NCBI GenBank assembly: GCA_031380515.1
Contig: JANNGD010000156.1
Span: 24,677 to 48,676 of the forward strand
DNA from: Ferruginibacter sp.
GTDB lineage: Bacteria; Bacteroidota; Bacteroidia; Chitinophagales; Chitinophagaceae
Length of the DNA stretch: 24,000 nucleotides
Reading direction: 5' to 3'
The notes below the pieces were generated by a model. That model had not been told where the DNA came from. It searched no databases and saw only the letters and a list, made by a program, of their open reading frames with translations. The position numbers were made by a program, and so were the translations under genes. Below are positions 15,961-23,773 of the stretch, in pieces. Numbering within the stretch: position 1 is the stretch's first letter; each line of letters begins with the position of its first letter.

Positions 15961-15987
15961 AGTCGGGAAAAAAACAAAACCCTTACA
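15961..15987 (-). promoter_or_regulatory. Candidate ECF-type promoter, TGTAAGG-N13-CCCGACT (minus strand), heading the DoxX..ATP-grasp array
   Basis: Minus-strand reading of 15987..15961 is TGTAAGG gttttgttttttt CCCGACT. Both 7-mers and the spacing are identical to 5596..5622 while the spacer is unrelated. It lies 82 nt upstream of the DoxX ATG. Confidence 0.5.
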
Positions 15988-16013
15988 AAGCCAGCAGTTT
16001 TTTTTCACACCTG

Positions 16014-16454
16014 TCATTTATTAAGTTTCGGCCAGTAACCATCTGCTGCTTTAATACGGCTGACGGTATCTTTTATCCAAAGCTGTTTTACATCCAAGTT
16101 ATAATTCAAATAAAGTTTACCACCTGCAATTGTCCAGGCTTTTGGGTCGGTGGGAGACAAGTGGTTTTCGCTGGCGCCATAAGCACAAAAACCTCCATAC
16201 TGTGGTACATATTTTTCTGGGGCTGTTTTAAAGCTGTCTAAATTATTTTGACTTACAAATTTCCATTTGCTCCCACTCCACTCAGTAGTGTATTTGTCAG
16301 TTCCTTCTACAGCATTTTGCTGATTGAAATATGCTACCGGGTCGTAGCCTTTAATAGCCACTCCATTTTTACCGCTGTACTTTATTGACTGTGCAAACAA
16401 GCCTGCGGAAAGTAGTACTGCAAAGCATGTAATAACTGCTGTTTTCATCTTCAT
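16014..16454 (-). CDS. Secreted YHS-domain protein (paralog of 4995..5465)
   Basis: Signal peptide. Blocks GYDPVAYF, PQYGGFCAYGAS and GKLYLNY. TGA stop. Confidence 0.85.
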   Translation of the reverse strand: MKMKTAVITCFAVLLSAGLFAQSIKYSGKNGVAIKGYDPVAYFNQQNAVEGTDKYTTEWSGSKWKFVSQNNLDSFKTAPEKYVPQYGGFCAYGASENHLSPTDPKAWTIAGGKLYLNYNLDVKQLWIKDTVSRIKAADGYWPKLNK

Positions 16455-16489
16455 TTTTTTATTTTTTTTGAATGTTTTTTTAACAGCGC

Positions 16490-16514
16490 AAAAATGCCAT
16501 CAATTACGATGGCA
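16490..16514 (-). terminator. Rho-independent terminator downstream of the AraC-family gene
   Basis: Minus-strand tgccatc-gtaatt-gatggca followed by TTTTT, 40 nt after the stop at 16554. Confidence 0.6.
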
Positions 16515-16553
16515 AGTAATACATATAGTTCCCGAATAATTGTATAATTATCC

Positions 16554-17408
16554 TTATTTATCGGGCCTCACTATTTTTTTAAGTTCAGAAGGATTTTGAG
16601 ATGTGCAGTTTTTGAAGAACTTACTGAAATGCGCCACTTCATCAAAGCCCAGTATATCTGCTATTTCTTTTACTGATTTATCGGTGTAATAGAATAGCCG
16701 TTTGGCTTCTGCAACAATTCTTTCCTGTATTACCAGTGTGGGCGTTTTTTTGCTGTATAAAGAAAATATATTGGAAATTGTTTTGGGGGATTTATTGAGC
16801 AGCCCTGCATAAAACTGAACCTGGTGCTCTTTTCTGTAATGGATTTCTACCAGTAAATTGAATTGCCTAATGAGATTGAATTTTTCGCTATAAGCAGCCT
16901 CAGTACCCAGGTATTGTTTTTTGGCAAGCCGGGTAATTTGTATAATGAGGCGTACCAATAACATGCGGAGCATTTCAGCTTTTATATCTTCATCAGACAA
17001 AAATTCTTCAACAAAAACATCCAGCAAACGGTTCATTACTTCAATATGTTCTTCTTGCAATTTTATAAACAAAGTGGGTGAAGGCCCATAAAATACAAAA
17101 CCTACACAGCCTACTTCTACATCATGATTAACAATGCAGTAAAACTCCCGGTTAAACTGCCACAAAACTATATCTGCAGGATTTTGAAACCTGAAAGACT
17201 GGCTCACCATAACAGGTAATACATGGTTTGCACCAAAAACATATTCCACTTCATCAATAGTTACCACTTGTTGAGCGCCCCTGTTCCATGCAATGGTATA
17301 CAGCTTGCTGTCAATATTTGGTTCACTAAAATATCGCTGAAGATTTTCTTCTTCCGTTTTTAAAATAAGTTGCCCAGCATCTTGTTTATTCTTAAATATG
17401 TATTCCAT
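16554..17408 (-). CDS. AraC family transcriptional regulator
   Basis: C-terminal double HTH (..YAGLLNKSPKTISNIFS .. VKEIADILGFDEVAHFSKFFKNCTSQNPSE). The N-terminal sensor domain has YTIAWNRG and a C-x9-C pair (CIVNHDVEVGC). Confidence 0.9.
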   Translation of the reverse strand: MEYIFKNKQDAGQLILKTEEENLQRYFSEPNIDSKLYTIAWNRGAQQVVTIDEVEYVFGANHVLPVMVSQSFRFQNPADIVLWQFNREFYCIVNHDVEVGCVGFVFYGPSPTLFIKLQEEHIEVMNRLLDVFVEEFLSDEDIKAEMLRMLLVRLIIQITRLAKKQYLGTEAAYSEKFNLIRQFNLLVEIHYRKEHQVQFYAGLLNKSPKTISNIFSLYSKKTPTLVIQERIVAEAKRLFYYTDKSVKEIADILGFDEVAHFSKFFKNCTSQNPSELKKIVRPDK

Positions 17409-17548
17409 TTTTGTATCCTTATTTATCCTTCACCAATTACAGATAAAGTGGTCTTAACGATTTATAAGAATAAATAAAAGATAAATTGCTCATGGTTTTA
17501 ACAACCCATAAACAAATAAAAAATGGTATTAAAAGCAGGAAGAAAATG

Positions 17549-18430
17549 TTAAGCCGATCCTCTACCAAAACCAACCGTTTCTCGGTACAACTGCGGCGAT
17601 ACATCTGAATTTACTTTAAAAAAACGGCTGAAATAATATTCATCTTCATAACCTAACTCATAAGCAATTTCTTTCACCGTTTTGTCTGTCAGATACAATT
17701 CTCTTTTTGCTTCAATGATGATGCGTTCGTTTATGAGACTACTAAGTGTTTTATTAAAATGTGTTTTTGTGATTTTTGCCAAAGCCTTTGTAGAAATATT
17801 TAATGTGCTGGCATAGTCACTTGCAGAATGTTTTGTTTTAAAATCTTTTTCAATAGCATCTTTAAGGTTTTGCAAAATGAAGGGCTGCTTTACGTTTTTT
17901 TGTGCCAATATTAATTCCGGCTGCTGTTCTGATTTTAACCTAGATGCGGATATTAAAAATATTTTGAGGTAAGATACCAGCAGCTCGTACTGTGCCAATG
18001 CTGGGTTTTGCATTTCAATTTTCATCTGCTCCAGCAGAATATTTAATGTGGCAGACGAAGCATCGTCAATGCTGATGAACGGTGGTTGATAAATATTATT
18101 AAACAATACGCCATTGCAAGCCACTTCTGCTTGGTGCTTGTGTATGCAAAAAAAATCGGGATGAAATTGCAATGCTAATCCTTCCATATTTTCATCGGGC
18201 AAAAACATAAAGGGCTGATAAGGCGAAAATGCAAACAACGTATTTTGTATAAAATCATATTCTAAAAAATCTGCTTTTACTTTTCCCTTTCCTTCTTTTA
18301 TCTAAATAAGAGAGTAATAATTGTTGCGTTGTAAATGGTCAAAATAAGCATTGTTATCAAATGAGAATAGTTTGAAAGCAAGGTTGCCATTTTGAGGATT
18401 GATGAGTGTGAAAGTATTTTGCTGCTTCAT
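17549..18430 (-). pseudogene. AraC family regulator interrupted by one in-frame TAG (codon 43) at a conserved Trp position
   Basis: The ATG at 18430 opens MKQQNTFTLINPQNGNLAFKLFSFDNNAYFDHLQRNNYYSLI-TAG-IKEGKGKVKADFLEYDFIQNTLFAFSPYQ.., in frame with ORF 17549..18238. TAG is at 18302..18304. The tandem paralog has YTIAWNRG where this gene has YSLI*IKEG, which points to TGG>TAG. The C-terminal AraC HTH is intact. Confidence 0.8.
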
Positions 18431-18441
18431 TCTAAATTATA

Positions 18442-18855
18442 TTATTTCAATGTACGTTCATTTTCTTCAATGGCTACATCATTAATACTGGCAAACCTTT
18501 TCTGCATATATCCATCTTCATCAAATTCCCATAATTCATTTCCATAACTGCGATACCACTGTCCCGTATGGTCATGCCATTCATATTCAAACCGCACTGC
18601 CATCCTGTTTTCTCTAAAGCCCCACAGCTCTTTTTTTAATTTGTAATTTAATTCCTTTTCCCACTTTCTTTTCAGGAATTGTTTTACTTCTTCCCTGCCG
18701 TTGATAAAGTCGGTGCGGTTTCTCCACTCCGTATCAATGGTATAAGCCAGGCAAACTTTCTCAGGGTCTTTGGTATTCCAGGCATCTTCTGCCATTTGAA
18801 CTTTTTGTAAAGCCGTTTCCATTGTAAACGGAGGAAGCGGGTGTCGCTGTTCCAT
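18442..18855 (-). CDS. DUF1348 / NTF2-like (SnoaL-fold) protein
   Basis: 137 aa: [27 protein letters not shown] .. [22 protein letters not shown] .. WEFDEDGYM. This is the pattern I recall for DUF1348. Confidence 0.8.
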   Translation of the reverse strand: MEQRHPLPPFTMETALQKVQMAEDAWNTKDPEKVCLAYTIDTEWRNRTDFINGREEVKQFLKRKWEKELNYKLKKELWGFRENRMAVRFEYEWHDHTGQWYRSYGNELWEFDEDGYMQKRFASINDVAIEENERTLK

Positions 18856-18927
18856 ACTGTGTTTTTTTTAGTTTTACTAAAGCAGCAAAGCCAGACGATT
18901 AGCCTGGCTATACTGAAAGTTTTTATT

Positions 18928-19479
18928 TTAATTTGCTAATGAAGCATTTTCCAACGCAGGAGCAAGTGGAAAATCAACCGGCACCTGTGTAAGATTGTGC
19001 AGGTAGTTCATCGCTGTTTTATCACTTACCTGCAGCACCACATCTACCAGGCTTTCGTTGGTATAACCCTGTGCAAAAAAAGCATCTACCAAATCAGCAT
19101 TTGCATTGCCACGGTTTTTCGTAATGGCTTCTGCCAATTGCACCAGTGCATTTAACTTGATGTCGTTGGCTTTCCCGCTGCGTATATCCAGTATTTCATC
19201 ATCGCTAAAACCATTCATTTTGCCAATTACGGTGTGGGCACTTTGGCAATATACACATTTGTTTACCTGGCTCACAATTAGGTTAACGGCTTCTTTTTCT
19301 TTATTGCTCAACGTTGTTTTTGCATTTTGATAAGCCAAATAACGACCTAAGCCATTTTCAGAATAAGCAATGGTTGCATAAAGGTTTGGCACAAAACCCA
19401 ATGCTTTGTTTAATGTGTCGAAAATAGCTTGGTTGGCTGGTGCAACTTCTTCTCTTGTTGGAACGGTGAAACTTTTCAT
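18928..19479 (-). CDS. Carboxymuconolactone decarboxylase / AhpD-like alkylhydroperoxidase family protein
   Basis: AhpD-type CxxC..H block (NKCVYCQSAH). I place the start at the ATG at 19479 (MKSFTVPTREEV), preceded by an A-rich leader. The longer track ORF begins at a TTG and adds non-homologous sequence. Confidence 0.8.
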   Translation of the reverse strand: MKSFTVPTREEVAPANQAIFDTLNKALGFVPNLYATIAYSENGLGRYLAYQNAKTTLSNKEKEAVNLIVSQVNKCVYCQSAHTVIGKMNGFSDDEILDIRSGKANDIKLNALVQLAEAITKNRGNANADLVDAFFAQGYTNESLVDVVLQVSDKTAMNYLHNLTQVPVDFPLAPALENASLAN

Positions 19480-19639
19480 TTTTTTATTTTTTAGATGATT
19501 TAATTTTTTGTCGTTTTGACTATGCAAAGATGAACCAATATTAAATCCTATAAAATGGAGAATCAACGCTATGTGATGGATAATTTTCCCCTGGTGGAAA
19601 ATGTTGCTTTTACTGCGAGTTGGTATCAAATAATATTTT

Positions 19640-20188
19640 CTAAACCCTTACCAATCTTATATCAATTTCCCGATCCACATACTTCCATTCTTCGGTGCTA
19701 CGAAGGGCCGCTACCAGTTCTTCAAAAGCATCGCCGTGTTCAGGAGCGTACTCAAACCAGGTAAGAAAATCGAATGGCTCAGCAATATCACGGCAGTGAT
19801 AGAGTTTACGGGCTATTGCCGGTAAGTATTTTAAACCCGTTTGTTTATGATGCGATTTGTTTTCAAATATTTTTCTTCTTTCATCCTGTGCAAGGTTCCA
19901 CCAGGTTTCATTTTTTCTTATTGGTATAAGTGCTGCACAAGTAGCCGCTGACCTGCCAAGCCCAGCCTGTATTGCAAGCAACTTTTCTTTTTCTTCTTTT
20001 TCTGCATAGCGTACATTGCTTACCAATCCTTTGATTGTCCAAAGGTCTTCATTGTTTTTTTGGAAGTTACTGTTTGTAATTTTTAAATAAGGGGCTGCTT
20101 CAATGGGTTCGCCAATAACGGTTTCCATTTTTACTATTCTCCATTCTCCTGCATTGCAGCCAATAAAATCAAAAATATGGTCTGTCAT
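19640..20188 (-). CDS. cld: Chlorite dismutase family protein, short (about 180 aa) clade
   Basis: Collinear over its full length with the short Nitrobacter-type Cld as I recall it (AALIPIRK..WW..QDERR.IFE.KSHH..LKYLPAIAR.LYHCRDI.EPFDFLTWFEYAPEH..EEW.YV.RE.DIRL). Proximal His (KSHH) and distal Arg (PAIAR) are present. The TAG stop falls at the homologous C-terminus. Confidence 0.85.
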   Translation of the reverse strand: MTDHIFDFIGCNAGEWRIVKMETVIGEPIEAAPYLKITNSNFQKNNEDLWTIKGLVSNVRYAEKEEKEKLLAIQAGLGRSAATCAALIPIRKNETWWNLAQDERRKIFENKSHHKQTGLKYLPAIARKLYHCRDIAEPFDFLTWFEYAPEHGDAFEELVAALRSTEEWKYVDREIDIRLVRV

Positions 20189-20226
20189 ATATTTCTCTTT
20201 GAAAATTATTAAAGGAGATTTTTATA

Positions 20227-20589
20227 TTAGCTAAAGAACTTTTTCGGCACTGTATAATCGCTGATAACCCAAGTAGCAAATACCGCCACTGCAAACACCA
20301 AATAAAATATTTTTGATACACTGCCATCTATGCTGCCTAGATAAAATGCAAGTGGAACCAATACAATGGAGACCAGCAATTCAATACGGCCATGAATATT
20401 TAACGGAACAATTTTTATTATCCCATACTTAAAATTGGTAAACATGGTTAATAGAAAATGTACGCCGCCAATAGCGTAAGTAAACCAGCTTGTATAAGCC
20501 GGCAAATTAAATAGGTACGGCGATAGCCACTAAAAAGCCACCACGATATAATCTATAATTCCATGCTGTTTTGAGTTTAAAATTTTCAT
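20227..20589 (-). pseudogene. Small multi-TM membrane protein (SPW-repeat-like?) interrupted by one in-frame TAG at codon 20
   Basis: ATG at 20589: MKILNSKQHGIIDYIVVAF-TAG-WLSPYLFNLPAYTSWFTYAIGG.., in frame with ORF 20227..20505, which the track starts at a TTG. TAG is at 20530..20532. The hydrophobic helix continues across the stop. Confidence 0.65.
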
Positions 20590-20729
20590 GTCAAAATAAT
20601 CTAATTGTAAATAAAGAAAAATAAAGTTGTCTTTAAACGAGATTGTGTATCGTCAGTTTAATACAGCAGCATTATTCATTCCTGTTTATTTACTTATACA
20701 TGGATAAAGTAAAATCCTTACAATTTCCC

Positions 20730-21683
20730 TTAACTATTTTTAAACTTCACTACAGACTGTCGTTCCCGATTAATAGTAAGCTGTGTAATATCTGGTCGGG
20801 AGTAGTGGCCGGAAACATCAAGGTTTTGTCTTTCTTCATACACCCGGTTAATATCAAGAGTTTCAATTATTAACCCTTCTGTGTGTACAACAGGTGCTAC
20901 AATCCATTGGCCATCTGGTCCGGCAATGCAGGAGCCGCCATCGGCCAGAACTGCCGGGGCATTTTGCAAAATTTCTTTTAAATGTGCTGTATCAGCAGGA
21001 AAATCTTCCATAAGCATTAAGCTGGAAACAGACAATACAAACGACCTTGATTCCTTTGCAATAAAACGGGTAATATCTTCAGTGTTATGTTTTGAGCCAG
21101 GCCACACCGCCACATGCAGATTTTCTCCCATGCCATACAAAGCCATACGTGGCAGTGGCATCCAGTTTTCCCAACAATTTAATCCTCCCACGGTAAATTC
21201 TTTTAAAGGATGTACCTGCAAACCATTACCGTCTCCCGGCGACCATGTTAGTCGCTCTTCATAAGTTGGTTGCAGCTTTCGGTGAACAGATTTTATTTCA
21301 CCCTCCTGATTGATATAAACCAAGGAACAATACAGGCTGTGGCCGCCACGGTCTTGCGCCCTTTCAATCAACCCAAGGTAAATAGCAATATCATTTTCTT
21401 TTGCCAACAAACAGATACTGTTTAAATCACCTGCTTCTATCTGTATCGCATTCCTGATATAGTGTGCATGAATTTCTTTCTGCATGCTATTATTAAATGA
21501 GGCACCATTGGTAAGCGATAACCAGAACGGATAGCCCGGCAGCAAGCCTTCTCCAAAAACAATCAAATTACATTGCTGTTTGCCTGCATCTTCAATATAA
21601 GATTTTACTTTTTCAATGGTTTTAGCTTTATCTAACCATACCGGTGCGATTTGGGCAAGGGCGACTTTTAGTAAATTATTCAT
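20730..21683 (-). CDS. Nitrilase (carbon-nitrogen hydrolase superfamily, branch 1-like)
   Basis: Glu-Lys-Cys triad blocks VFGEGLLPGYPFW, VHRKLQPTYEERL and GGLNCWENWMPL. 317 aa. Confidence 0.9.
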   Translation of the reverse strand: MNNLLKVALAQIAPVWLDKAKTIEKVKSYIEDAGKQQCNLIVFGEGLLPGYPFWLSLTNGASFNNSMQKEIHAHYIRNAIQIEAGDLNSICLLAKENDIAIYLGLIERAQDRGGHSLYCSLVYINQEGEIKSVHRKLQPTYEERLTWSPGDGNGLQVHPLKEFTVGGLNCWENWMPLPRMALYGMGENLHVAVWPGSKHNTEDITRFIAKESRSFVLSVSSLMLMEDFPADTAHLKEILQNAPAVLADGGSCIAGPDGQWIVAPVVHTEGLIIETLDINRVYEERQNLDVSGHYSRPDITQLTINRERQSVVKFKNS

Positions 21684-21746
21684 ACTTAAAAGTAATTTAT
21701 TTGTTACAGTTTTGGAATTCCCAATTATTTTTCTGCTACCCTTTAT

Positions 21747-22823
21747 TTACATATATGCCCTTTTATACTGAAAAGGAACGGGCAATTCTGCCCCCAACTC
21801 TTTGGCAGCTTGTGTTGCAAAATATGGGTTTCGCAAAAATTCCCTTGCAATAACTATCAAGTCTGCCTGATTATTAGCAATAATATCATTGGCTTGCTTA
21901 GCTGTTGTAATTGCGCCAACAGTGGCAGTAACTATATCAGTTTCATTTTTTATTGTTTCAGCAAAAGGAACCTGGAAGGCAGGATATACTTTTGATTTAT
22001 CTAAAAACACAAAGCCACCTGCGGAAGCTGTAATTACATCCACACCTGCCTGCTTCAACAGCGTTGTTAATTTTATACTGTCGTCCAAAGTCCAGGCCTT
22101 TTCCTCTTCTAGATAATCAACTGCAGAAATACGAATCATTATTGGCATGTTGGCTGGAATATGTTGCCTAACCAATGCTACTGTTTCCAATAAAAACCTT
22201 ATTCTGTTTTCAAAACTTCCACCATATTCATCTGTGCGGTAGTTAATGATAGATGAATAAAACTGGTGAAACAAATAACCATGTGCTGCATGAATTTCAA
22301 TGGCATCAAAACCTGCTTCAACTGCTCTTTTTGCTGCAGCAATATATTGTTGCTGAATTATTTTTATTTCTTCAATGGTAAGTGCTACAGGCACACTCAT
22401 GCCGGGGAATGGTGCAATAGCAGAAGAACTTTTTGTTTGCCAGCCACCTTCTTCAGGCGATAAATATTTCAACCCTTCATTTGGATGTGAGCGGCTCCCC
22501 TTGCTACCAAAATGCCCTAATTGAACGGCAATTTTTGAACCCTGTTGTTGCACAAATTTTATGATGGGTTTCCAGGCATCTCTTTGCTCATCGTTGTACA
22601 ACCCTGAGTCAAACAGTGTGCTCCTGCCCTCGGGAGATACGGCTGTGCTTTCTGTGATGATTAAAGCGGCACCGCCCACTGCACGGCTGCCGAGATGCAC
22701 CAAATGCCAGTCGGTTACTTTGCCGTCTATCGAGCTGTATTGTTGCATAGGCGAAACCACAATGCGGTTTCTCAATGGCATTTCTTTTATTGTAATTGCT
22801 GAAAATAAATTTGCGTTGTTCAT
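21747..22823 (-). CDS. NADH:flavin oxidoreductase, Old Yellow Enzyme family (YqjM/NamA-like)
   Basis: NRIVVSPMQQYSS..DGKVTDWHLVHLGSRAVGGAALIITESTAVSPEGR, IEIHAAHGYLFHQFYSS and YGGSFENRIRF. Confidence 0.9.
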   Translation of the reverse strand: MNNANLFSAITIKEMPLRNRIVVSPMQQYSSIDGKVTDWHLVHLGSRAVGGAALIITESTAVSPEGRSTLFDSGLYNDEQRDAWKPIIKFVQQQGSKIAVQLGHFGSKGSRSHPNEGLKYLSPEEGGWQTKSSSAIAPFPGMSVPVALTIEEIKIIQQQYIAAAKRAVEAGFDAIEIHAAHGYLFHQFYSSIINYRTDEYGGSFENRIRFLLETVALVRQHIPANMPIMIRISAVDYLEEEKAWTLDDSIKLTTLLKQAGVDVITASAGGFVFLDKSKVYPAFQVPFAETIKNETDIVTATVGAITTAKQANDIIANNQADLIVIAREFLRNPYFATQAAKELGAELPVPFQYKRAYM

Positions 22824-22827
22824 ATAA

Positions 22828-22993
22828 TTATTTTTTAGTTTGATTCCATTTTATAAAACCCCTTGTATTGGTAATAAGGAATATGCAGTTACCAATAACG
22901 ATAGCATAACTATGAAGCAACGCAACACCTAATGCTATCCATGCTATATTGGCTATCATAAATGATACAAAGCCACATTTTACTTTATTGCCC
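22828..22993. repeat. Direct repeat copy A (partner 23608..23773, offset exactly 780 bp)
   Basis: Manual alignment of 22821.. with 23601.. shows column-by-column correspondence without indels over ~166 bp. Confidence 0.85.
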
Positions 22994-23034
22994 GGCAATA
23001 GCATAACCACTACACTTAACGCATAGCTATTCAA
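22828..23034 (-). pseudogene. 5'-decayed duplicate of the 23608..23847 mini-membrane-protein gene
   Basis: The 3' ~166 bp are ~94% identical to 23608..23773 (about 10 mismatches by my manual alignment). Further 5', in the frame of the intact copy, it reads KYDGLY-TGA-IAMR with a 1-nt deletion, versus KYYGLDWMAMIM. The first codons are replaced by the 3' end of the DUF417 gene. A TTG-initiated 68-aa product cannot be excluded. Confidence 0.55.
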
Positions 23035-23049
23035 TAGAGTCCATCATAT

Positions 23050-23523
23050 TTAAATAGACCGGTCATAATTGGATAAGGCTTTACCGTTTAAACGATTCAA
23101 CTGTTTCGCTGAGAAGGCTACTGTGTAAATACTGATGCCCAGTGCCATCAAATCTTTTAATAAGAACTGGTCTGGTATCCATACTCCATCAATTTTACTA
23201 AAGGCGCCGGGGGTAGTGAAAATGAAAGAGAGCGTTGCTAAAAAGGTTAAGGCAGAGAGAATACCACCCGCTAAACCTGCCTTTGGAGAAACCGGTTGCA
23301 ACATCAGCAAGACGGCGGTAATAATTTCAATTGATCCTATCAATTTGCTAACTGTTAATGGCGTCCAAATTGAATAAATCCAACGCATTAGAGGACTGTT
23401 CTCAACAAGCGATTGGATGCCTTTTGCTTCGGTAGGTGTGAACTTGAAAATCCCTATCCAAATTAATACAATGGCAAGTCCGTAAAGGGCTGTATAAAAC
23501 CCTGTTTTTTCTAAATTATTCAT
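23050..23523 (-). CDS. DUF417 (YkgB/RclC-like) inner-membrane protein
   Basis: LIWIGIFKFTPTEAKGIQSLVENSPLMRW .. LATLSFIFTTPGAF .. FLLKDLMALG is collinear with E. coli YkgB (RclC) as I recall it (WIGLLKFVPYEADSITPFVANSPLMSF .. LVTLSFLITTPEAW .. LVLKDTLMLAG). Confidence 0.85.
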   Translation of the reverse strand: MNNLEKTGFYTALYGLAIVLIWIGIFKFTPTEAKGIQSLVENSPLMRWIYSIWTPLTVSKLIGSIEIITAVLLMLQPVSPKAGLAGGILSALTFLATLSFIFTTPGAFSKIDGVWIPDQFLLKDLMALGISIYTVAFSAKQLNRLNGKALSNYDRSI

Positions 23524-23607
23524 TTTACTTAATTTATATTTTTAAAAAATTAAAATGCCTTTACCGTAATAACAGCATGCAAGGCCATATTTTGCCAGTG
23601 CATGTTG

Positions 23608-23773
23608 TTATTTTTTAGTTTGATTCCATTTTATAAAGCCTCTTGTATTGGTAATAAGGAATATGCAGTTACCAATAACGATAGCATAACTATGCAGCAA
23701 CGCAACCCCTAATGCTATCCAGGCTATATTGGCAAACATAAATGACACAAAACCCCATTTTACTTTATTGCCC
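23608..23773. repeat. Direct repeat copy B (partner 22828..22993)
   Basis: See copy A. Confidence 0.85.

Noticed and set aside
19480-19629. N-terminal 50-codon extension of the AhpD-like ORF given in the track (start 19629)
   Set aside because: The extension begins at a TTG and has non-homologous, low-complexity sequence. The ATG at 19479 (MKSFTVPT..) gives the usual family length (~184 aa) and has an A-rich leader.
18302-20532. Idea that the two in-frame TAG codons reflect amber reassignment or programmed readthrough
   Set aside because: TAG is used as a normal terminator in this window. The Cld gene ends with TAG exactly at the homologous C-terminus (..DIRLVRV). CoaB ends TAG followed by TAA. 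The TlpA-like gene ends TAG just before the next gene's start.
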